A DNA stretch of 64,000 nt from NCBI GenBank assembly GCA_002269645.1, contig NIVC01000221.1, positions 310,001-374,000 of the forward strand, read 5' to 3'. The notes beneath the pieces are model-generated. The model saw nothing but the letters and a program-made list of their open reading frames with translations. It searched no databases and was not told where the DNA came from. Positions within the stretch are counted from its first letter, which is position 1. Each line of letters opens with the position of its first letter. The position numbers and the translations under genes are program-made. This document shows positions 54,165 through 64,000 of this stretch, one piece after another. The stretch is from Macrostomum lignano. Taxonomy: Eukaryota.

Positions 54165-54515
54165 CGCAAGCATCCCCCAGATAGCAAGCGTCCCCCAGAT
54201 AGCAAGCATCCCCCAGATAGCAAGCATCCCCCGGATAGCAAGCATCCCCAGATAGCAAGCATCCCCCAGATAGCAAGCATCCCCCAGATAGCAAGCATCC
54301 CTCAGATAGCAAGCATCCCCAAGATAGCAAGCATCCCCCAGATAGCAAGCATCCCTCAGATAGCAAGCATCCCCCAGATGCAAGCATCCCCCAGATAGCA
54401 AGCATCCCCCGGATAGCAAGCATCCCCAGATAGCAAGCGTCCCCCAGATAGAAGCATCCCCAAGATAGCAAGCATCCCCAAGATAGATAGCATCCCCAAA
54501 TAGTAAGCATCCACC
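54165..54515. repeat. Minisatellite CCCAGATAGCAAGCATCC(C), 18-19 bp, inside element B
   Basis: Read directly. Confidence 0.9.
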
Positions 54516-54619
54516 AGACAATAAGTAGCTAGTGCGACAATTTCCTTAGCATTATAGCGGCTCCTTTAAAATTCGCTTACTTTTACGTTTGAAATTGTGT
54601 ATCTTTTATGTTTAACAGG

Positions 54620-57530
54620 GTGGCTCTTTTATGTTATACATTGTGGCTCCTTTTTGTTCTACGCTCGTACATGGTAACTCTTTTATGTTTGATACGGTGG
54701 CTTTTCAATGTCTGACATGGTGGCTCTTCTATGTTTGACATGGGGGCTCTTCTATGTTTGACATGGGGGCTTTTCTATGTTTGAAATGGGGGCTCTTCTA
54801 TGTTTGAAAAAGTAGCTTTTTAATGTTTGACATGGTGGCTCTATTATGTTTGACATGGTGGCTCTATTATGTTTGACATGGTGGCTCTATTATGTTTGAC
54901 ATGGTGGCTCTTTAATGTTCAAAAAGGTGGCTCTTTACTTTTTGACATGGTGGCTCTTTAATGTTGGACATGGTGGCTTTTTAATGTTAGACATGGTGGC
55001 TCTTTAATGTTCGACATAAAGTCACTTATATGTTTGACATAGTGGCTCTTTAATGTTTGACATGGTAGCTCTTTTATGTTCGACATGGTGGCTCTTTTAT
55101 GTTCGGCATGGTGTCGCTTCAATGTTTGACATGGAGTTACGTATATGTTTGACATGGAGTCATGTTTGACCTGGTGGCTCTTTAATATTGAACATGGTGG
55201 CTCTTTTATGTTTGACATGGTGGCTCTTTTATCTTTGACATGGTGGCTCTGTAATGTTCGACATGGAGTCATGTATATGTTTCACATGGTAGCTCTTAAA
55301 TGTTCGACATAGTGGCTCTATAATGTTTGACATGGTGGCTCTTCAATGTTTGACATGGTGGCTCTTTAATATTGAACATGGTGGCTCTTTTATGTTTGAC
55401 ATGGTGGCTCTTTTATCTTTGACATGGTGGCTCTTTAATGTTCAACATGGAGTCATGTATATGTTTGACATGGTGGCTCTTAAATGTTCGACATAGTGGC
55501 TCTATAATGTTTGACATGGTGGCTCTTCAATGTTTGACATGGTGGCTCTTTAATGTTCGACATGGCGTCATGTATATGTTTGACATGGTAGCTCTTGAAT
55601 GTTCAACATGGAGTCATGTATATGTTTGACATGGTGGCTCTTAAATGTTCGACATGGTGGCTCTTTAATGTTTGACATAGTGTCTCTTTAATGTTTGACA
55701 TGGAGTCATGTATATGTTTGACATGGTGGCTCTTTAATGTTAGACATGGTGGCTCTTTTATGTTTTGCATGGTGGCTCTTTTATGTTCGACATGGTGTCT
55801 CTTCAATGTTTGACATGGAGTCATGTATATGTTTGACATGGATGCTCTTGTATTTTTAACATGTTGACTCTTTAATGTTCGAAATGGTGGCTCTTAATTG
55901 TCTAACATGGAGTCACGTTATATGTTTGACATGGAGTCATGCATATGCCTGATATGGTAGCTCTTTAATGTTTTACATGGAATCACGTATATGTTTCACA
56001 TGTTGGCTATTTTATGTTTGACATGGTGGTTCTTAAATGTTCGACATGGTGGCTCTTTAATGTTTTACATGGTGGCACTTTCATGTTTGACCTGGTGGCT
56101 CTTTAATGTTTAACATGGTGGCTCTTTAATATTTGACATGGTGGCCCTTTTATGTTCGACATGGTGGCTCTTCAATGTTTGACATGGAGTCATGTATATG
56201 TTTGACATGGTAGCTCTTGAATGTTCAACATGGAGTCATGTATATGTTTGACATGGTAGCTCTTGAATGTTCAACATGGAGTCATGTATATGTTTGACAT
56301 GGTGGCTCTTTAATGTTTGACATAGTGTCTCTTTAATGTTTGACATGGAGTCATGTATATGTTTAACATGGTGGCTCTTCAATGTTTGACATGGAGTCAT
56401 GTATATGTTTGCCATGGTGGCTCTTTAATGTTAGACATGGTGGCTCTTTTATGTTTTGCATGGTGGCTCTTTTATGTTCGACATGGTGTCTCTTCAATGT
56501 TTGACATGGAGTCATGTATATGTTTGACATGGTGGCTCTTGTATTTTTAACATGTTGGCTCTTTAATGTTCGACATGGTGGCTCTTTAATGTCTAACATG
56601 GAGTCACGTATATGTTTGACATGGAGTCATGTATATGTCTGAAATGGTAGCTCTTTAATGTTTTACATGGAGTCACGTATATGTTTCACATGGTGGCTAT
56701 TTTATGTTTGACATGGTGGTTCTTAAATGTTCGACATGGTGGCTCTTTAATGTGTTAAATGGTGGCACTTTCATGTTTGACCTGGTGGCTCTTTAATGTT
56801 TGACCTGGTGGCTCTTTAATGTTTGACATGGAGTCATGTATATGTTTGACATGGTAGCTCTTGAATGTTCGACATAGAGTCATGTATATTTTTGCCATGG
56901 TGGCTCTTTAATGTTAGACATGGTGGCACTTTCATGTTTGACCTGGTGGCTCTTTAATGTTTGACATGGTGGCTCTTTAATATTTGACATGGTGGCCCTT
57001 TAATGTTCGACATGGTGGCTCTTTTAGGTTTGAAATGGTGGCTTTTTAATGTTCGACATGGTGGCCCTTTAATGTTCGACATGGTGGCTCTTTTATGTTC
57101 GACATGGCGTCATGTATATGTTTGACCTGGTTGCTCTTTAATGTTTGACATGGTGGCTCTTTAATGTTCGACATGGTGGCTCTTTTAGGTTTGAAATGGT
57201 GGCTCTTTAATGTTTGACATGGTGGCTTTTTAATGTTCGACATGGTGGCTCTTTTATGTTCGACATGGCGTCATGTATATGTTTGACATGGTAGCTCTTG
57301 AATGTTCAACATGGAGTCATGTATATGTTGGACATGGTGGCTCTTTAATGTTCGACATGGTGGCTCTTTTATGGTCGACATGGTGGCTCTTTTAGGTTTG
57401 AAATGGTGGCTCTTTAATGTTTGACATGGTGGCTTTTTAATGTTCGACATGGTGGCTCTTTTATGTTCGACATGGCGTCATGTATATGTTTGACATGGTG
57501 GCTCTTTAATGTTTGACATTGTGCTTTTTT
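54620..57530. repeat. 2.9-kb minisatellite TTGACATGGTGGCTCTTTAATGT family inside element B
   Basis: Read directly. Confidence 0.95.
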
Positions 57531-57587
57531 GTGTTTAGCATTTTGTGTTTTTAAGGTTTTTGAAAAAAAAAATCTTTTTGCACTACT

Positions 57588-57646
57588 AAGATTCGAACCC
57601 AGGTCGCAGCATTAGCAGTCCAGTCTGTTCGCATCTATGCTATCTC
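57588..57646 (-). other. tRNA-like (Ser GCT-loop) Pol III head inside element B
   Basis: Minus strand GAGATAGCATAGATG...CTGCTAA...GGGTTCGAATC; homologous to 53058-53117. Confidence 0.6.
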
Positions 57647-60600
57647 TTGTCTTGAATTGTGGCCCTTATAATTTAATTCTTATAGCAAATTGGTTAGAGT
57701 AAAAAGTTATGACATAATCAATTTCTCAGTCAGCCAGTATCAGTCTCAATTTAAGTTAGCAATTTAAATCAAGTTTTGTGTGCATTTGTTCGGCACTGTT
57801 TTCAACTGGTTGTGATGTAATCTTTATCACAATTGGAATTCAGTCAGTCAGTTTTTTCTCTAGCATTTTTACAATGCATTTCAGGTCGAAAGAGCTGCTT
57901 GACCTTTGCAAAAAAGCATGTTTTTCGAATATTTAATCCCTTTAAAATTGAAAAATTTCTTAGCCAAGATGCATGTACCGTCCCACGAAAATTTCTGATC
58001 AAATGGTGCAAGTTTGAAGAAAATCGGTTGAGCCATTTTTTCTGAAATCTATCGCATACCTACCCACATACAGACAACTCATTTTTAGTATATAGGAAGC
58101 ATCCAGAATTTTTATTATACCCCCCCCCTTAATTGGTTACGCAAGTTAAATAGAGTAATTATCTGGGCAGTGGGGCAAAGTGAATTTTCTTATCAGTTGG
58201 CTCTGGCGCAATCATTAAAATTGGCTGTGAAGTTTCTCGCTGCGCGCAGGCTGATAAAAAAATACACTAAAAAGGCCATTTAAAACAGTTTTTCGAATAT
58301 TTAATCCCCTTAGCATTGAGCTAGAGCTTAATAAAATTACATGTACCGAAATTCTCGAGTTACTACTGTTCAGGCTACCAGAAGATTTATATTCACAAAT
58401 GGAGATTCTATTCCTTATTAGCCGTTTGTATTTGTTTTTTTAGTTATAATATTGAATAATTAGTTTGCCACAGATAATGTTATAAAATATGAAAATCAGC
58501 AGTTATCGGCCTGCGCATTAATTATTAATAATAGGCCGAAGCAGAGAAGGCTAAATCGCTCTCTTCTGATGCAGTCATCAGTCGCATGTCCTGAAACAAC
58601 ATTTGGAGCAACAGAAATCGATATGAAGGCTGCCAATCAGTGACGTCACTTGTGCTCATTCTGTAATTCTATCTGAGCTCAATCAAGGCTGATAAACTGT
58701 TGCAGTACCTGAGCTTTTCATGTTAATTAAGATAAGATGTGCATGTGATGTGTGCCAGTGTATCACAGCTGTCCTGTAGCAGCTCGTGTGTTTATCACAT
58801 TTTTCAAAATCAATAAGTTGCTTATTGAACTTTGTTTACCTGTGCCCAAGTAGATTAACTGATTCGATTCGGTTGAGCCCTGGGGTTTTCGGGCGGTGGG
58901 AGTCGAGTTCACTGCTGCAGTATTATGGATTTTAACGCAACATCAACGGAATGAATAACTGAATATAATATGTATGAAAAGTCAATATTTGAAGCAAATT
59001 ACTGACATCTCATCTCATTTCATCTGTACAAATGTGTCAGTGTGAGTCACATTGATTTACACACTGAGATGCAGCTGCCATCGCTCAGCCGCCATCAGGT
59101 TGCGAAGGCGTCTCTGAAAAGCCCGAGAAAGAATTTCAGCATGCAGTCAGGGCTGTCAGGCCTCAGTACTAATGATTTAAGCAATAAGCAATCACAGAAG
59201 CTCAAAACCCACGTGCGAATCTGCCGGAGACCGGCATGAGCTCTGCGTCCCACGCCGTAACGATGGGGCTGCACGTGACTGTCGGGCTGCTGCTGAGCTG
59301 CTCGCTGACATCGTCTGCTGATGGCATTGCTGGGCTTCTGGACTCGGAGTCTGATGGCATGGCTGATTTGAGATGTGCCAAGAGATCGATCTGTAATATA
59401 GAACTGCCAAATGCGTGAGCATATATATTTATACTATACGTGGTGTGTTAGCAAGACACATTCTCAGACCTCCACCCTCAGGCGACAGCGTTATCGTTCC
59501 ACGCCGAACAGAACAGCGCTATTTCAGCATTTCACCAGCATTTCACCTCCATTTCAGCTTATTCAGCTTATAATTTGCGAGAATAAATTATCCGCCCCCC
59601 CCCAATGCCCCGCAGATACAGGCGGAGGGAGCTATTTTTAGAAATTCTCGCGGCTGCTCGTGTCCCTCCGCAGAAACTGCCAAAACTTACTTCACAGCTG
59701 ATTAGAATCACTTTAAAACTCGAGAATTTGCACACAAAGTGCAAGATTTGTCCGGTGAAAAATCGGACAGGTGCCGTAACTCAGGAAACGAAGAAGCAAC
59801 CAGAAAAAAACAGCACAAGTCATTTTTTAAACATAGTCGCCATCCTTCTCAGTGCTGCGTTGCCACCTCACCTGCCACTTGTTGAAGGCCTCAGCGTACA
59901 CGTTTGCGGCCAACTGAAGTGGAATTCAAGTAGAATTCACTCAAAATGGCGGCCTGCGATGTTGATTTTGACACTTTTGAGAAGTAATTAAAGAAAACCA
60001 GAAACCAGTGTTTGCTGGCCTCAAGCTTGGCGTAGAGTGGAGTTCGATGAAATGACTCTTCGTTGTTTCTTTGTTGTAATTCGTTGCCAACGCCACCAAA
60101 AGTATGTTTAAATGCATTAAGAATACATTAGAGATATGTGTGGAGGACTGGATATGTGTGAAGTTGGTTTACAACTTTTTGCAAAACTTGCCTTTGTGTA
60201 AAGATGCTGTTATAATGTGGTAATTTGAATTCGAATAAAAGTACAAATCAGCCACTGAAAGAGAAATTGAAAATTTGTGTTTGCATTTGCAATCTTAGTC
60301 GCATATAGTGCGCATATCTAGATATTGTACATGCATTGCGTGTTTTACTTACACAAATCACTAATTATCGCTTTGCACTTGTTGAGAATCCCCCCTAGTT
60401 ATCAGAATTCATCAACAACCAAATTTATTATCCCTATAACCCACGTGTTGCGATTTCTCTTCCCTTGAATCATCCTGCCCCCCAGCACCCAATTTCCCAA
60501 TTTCCCATAGAAACCTCCACTTCTCGGCAAGAGACAGGCGGTTGTTTGTTTGGCGACATGCAATGAGCCTAGCGTCCAGTATAGATCTGGATGGTCATTT

Positions 60601-60992
60601 TTAGACATTGAGGTAGAAATTCCTGTTAGGCTTGCCACTGGTGAGGGCCATTGAACTGCGGGCTGGGTGGCTGCTTTGCTGGGTCGGGTCGGGAGTGCGC
60701 TGTTTGGCTGTCCTGCCTTCGTCTGCAAGTTTCGTTCGCACATAATTCTTCTGTGCCAGCACTGGTCTCTGTCTCCTTTCCCCGCGCAGAAGCAGCCAAT
60801 TGTGGATGCCCGCCGTTGCAACCGCAGCAACCCCCGCCTCCTTCACGAGCCAATGAAGTGGCTGCCCAATTGGCCTTTGCAGCCATCGGATTAGGAAGAG
60901 ACACTGTAAGCACTGGAAAAGCCCGCTAAATGAGTTCTCCGTTCTCCGTGTAAATGAATACTAGGTACCTCAGCGTTTCAGCATAATAGCTG

Positions 60993-62328
60993 GGTGCACC
61001 CGGCGGCTCGACTGGCGCCGCCTGCTGGACCTGCTGGATGAGTGATGAGAGTGACGTCTGGAGTGCCTGTGAGTGATAAGAGTGACATCTGGAGTGCCTG
61101 TGAGTGATGAGAGTGACATCTGGAGTGCCTGTGAGTGATAAGAGTGACATCTGGGGTGCCTGTGAGTGATAAGAGTGACATCTGGAGGAGTGCCTGTGAG
61201 TGGTGAGAGTGACATCTGGAGTGCCTGTGAGTGGTGAGAGTGACATCTGGAGTGCCTGTGAGTGACGAAAGTGACATCTGGAGTGCCTGTGAGTGATAAG
61301 AGTGACATCTGAAGTGCCTGTGAGTGATAAGAGTGACATCTGAAGTGCCTGTGAGTGATGAGAGTGACAGCTGGACCTGTTGGATGAGAGATGAGAGTGA
61401 CATCTGGACCTGTTGGATGAGAGATGAGAGTGACATCTGGAGTGCCTGTGAGTGATGAGAGTGACAGCTGGACCTGTTGGATGAGAGATGAGAGTGACAT
61501 CTGGACCTGTTGGATGAGAGATGAGAGTGACATCTGGAGCGCCTGTGAGTGATGAGAGTGACAGCTGGACCTGTTGGATGAGAGATGAGAGTGACATCTG
61601 GAGTGCCTGTGAGTGATGAGAGTGACAGCTGGACCTGTTGGATGAGAGATGAGAGTGACATCTGGACCTGTTGGATGAGAGATGAGAGTGACATCTGGAG
61701 CGCCTGTGAGTGATGAGAGTGACAGCTGGACCTGTTGGATGAGAGATGAGAGTGACATCTGGAGTGCCTGTGAGTGATGAGAGTGACAGCTGGACCTGTT
61801 GGATGAGAGATGAGAGTGACATCTAGAGTGCCTGTGAGTGATGAGAGTGACAGCTGGACCTGTTGGATGAGAGATGATAGTGACATCTAGAGAGCCTGTA
61901 AGTGATGAGAGTGACAGCTGGACCTGTTGGATGAGAGATGAGAGTGACATCTGGAGTGCCTGTGAGTGATGAGAGTGACAGCTGGACCTGTTGGATGAGA
62001 GATGAGAGTGACATCTGGAGTGCCTGTGAGTGATGAGAGTGACAGCTGGACCTGTTGGATGAGAGATGAGAGTGACATCTGGAGTGCCTGTGAGTGATGA
62101 GAGTGACAGCTGGACCTGTTGGATGAGAGATGAGAGTGACATCTGGAGTGCCTGTGAGTGATGAGAGTGACAGCTGGACCTGTTGGATGAGAGATGAGAG
62201 TGACATCTGGAGTGCCTGTGAGTGATGAGAGTGACATCTGGAGTGCCTGAGTGATGAAAGTGACATCTGAAGTCGCGGACGCCGCCTTGGACAATTTCTA
62301 CTGCGATGGCTGCCTGCTCAGCTGCTGA
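60993..62328 (+). pseudogene. Second collapsed SET-piece/minisatellite/PHD-tail fragment
   Basis: Same junctions as 41187-42491. Confidence 0.8.
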
Positions 62329-64000
62329 GGCCGCGGTTCACTCAGGCTGCAATTCTCACTGCATGCTGGGCCTTTTCGATACATATCGGCCCAGACTCAA
62401 AGCCTGATTGCGTCTATTCTAATAGGCGAATGCGATTGCAATGTTAAATGTGCCATTTCTATCAATAATAATAATAATATCCTTTGCATACTACTGTCAG
62501 GCATTCAGGCTGCATTTGCGATCTGCTTCATCCTCAGTTGAATGCTCTGTCGAAATGTTTCAATTGTTTTAAATAAACTGAAGGTGCTCAGTTTGAGTCT
62601 TCAGAATCGACAAAAAACAGCATTTGCTGGCGTTGGCTGCATTTTTCTATTTGAAGCTGATGGAATGAGGTGACAGCTTTCAATAAATATGAGTAGAAGT
62701 GTATGTTTAGAAAAACAGTAAATTTACCGCAGCTCTTGAATTGTACGCTGGTGGTACGTTGTACGCAGATATTTTCTGTGGCTATTTTTAGCTACCGTGT
62801 ACGTATATGCACGAGCGAACGTCTTCCCCGGGATTCTCTGAATTCTTCTCTCCCCAGAATTTAAACAAGACAAACTCTCGAGTTACTACTGTTCAGGCTA
62901 CCAGAAGATTTATATTCACAAATGGAGATTCTATTCCTCATTAGCCGTTTGTATTTGTTTTTTAGTTATAATATTAAATAATTAGTTTGCCACAGATAAT
63001 ATTATAAAATATGAAAATCAGCAGCTATCGGCCTGCGCATTAATTATTAATAAATAAGCAGAAGCAGAGAATCAAACAGAAGGGAGAAGCCTAAATCGCT
63101 CTGACGCATGCAGTCATCAGTCGCATGTCCTGAAACAACATTTGAAGCAACAGAAATCGATTTGAAGGCTGCCAATCAGTGACATCACTTGTGCTCATTC
63201 TATAATTCTATCTGAGCTCAATCAAGGCTGATAAACTGTTGCAGTACCTGAGCTTTTCATGCTAATTAAGATGAAAATGTGCATGTGATGTGTGCCAGTG
63301 TATCACAGCTGGCCTGTAGCAGCTCATGTGTTTATCACATTTTTCAAAATCAATAAGTTGCTTATTGAACTTTGTTTACCTGTGCCCAAGTAGATTAACT
63401 GATTCGATTCGGTTGAGCCGTGGGGTTTTCAGGCGGGGGAGTCGAGTTCACTGCTGCAAGTATTATGGATTTTAACGCAACATCAACAGAATATTAACTG
63501 AATATATGTATGACAAGTCAATATTTGAAGCAAATCACTGACATCTCATCTCATTTCATCTGTACAAATGTGTCAGTGTGAGTCACACACACATTGATTC
63601 ACACACTGAGATGCAGCTGCCATCGCTCAGCCAGCAGGTTGCGAAGGTCTCTGAAAAGCCGGATTTCAGAGAAAAATAATTTCAGCATGCAGTCAGGGCT
63701 GTCAAGCCTCACTAATGCTTGAGAATCACAGAAGCTCACAACCCACCTGCGAATCTGCCATGAGCTCTGCGTCCCAGGCCGCAACGATGGGGCTAGAGGT
63801 GGCTGTCGGGCTGCTGCTGAGCTGCTCGCTGACGTCTGCTGCTGGCATTGCTGGCCGCAACGATGGCTGATTTGCGATGTGTCGAGAGAGATCGAGCTGA
63901 ATGCTTAAGCTTAAGTGTGTTGGATTAAATTAGCTTTATTAGCTTTATTAGAGCTAATTTCGCATATTAAATTAATCTGGATGATTAATTGCCACTGGTG

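Larger units (their letters stand above)
54019..58097 (-). mobile_element. Non-autonomous Helitron-like element B, joined head-to-tail to A
   Basis: Minus-strand 5' TCCTATATACTAAAAAT at 58097; 3' hairpin CCCCC-ATC-GGGGG then CTAG at 54019 directly followed by the TC of A. Confidence 0.75.

Noticed and set aside
53969-57243. Many short ORFs in the 54-57 kb arrays
   Set aside because: Satellite translations.

Overview
Eukaryotic (invertebrate) genomic DNA with GC-rich exons and minisatellite-filled introns; the style suggests a Macrostomum-like flatworm, which is inference only. 6.3-19.7 kb (+): intact 12-exon Mi-2/CHD3/4/5 remodeler (about 1877 aa), where 10 of 11 introns carry their own tandem repeat and the remaining one carries a CORE-like SINE. 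21.7-34.4 kb (+): 6-exon NSD-family gene (PWWP-PHDs-PWWP-AWS-SET-PHD) with well-conserved reader domains, a degenerate SET domain (no NHxC, terminal Y replaced by W) and two apparent 1-nt deletions. Its introns hold an internally deleted BEL/Pao retrotransposon with identical LTRs and a nested antisense PAN/mucin/LamG-like ORF. 33.7-64 kb: rearranged duplications of the 3' end of the NSD-like gene, including collapsed SET-fragment/minisatellite/PHD-tail copies. Independent insertions there are a hAT-like element made mostly of a 3.4-kb minisatellite, a solo LTR, and a head-to-tail pair of non-autonomous Helitron-like elements carrying satellites and tRNA-like Pol III heads. All coordinates were read by eye; repeat-array boundaries are approximate.
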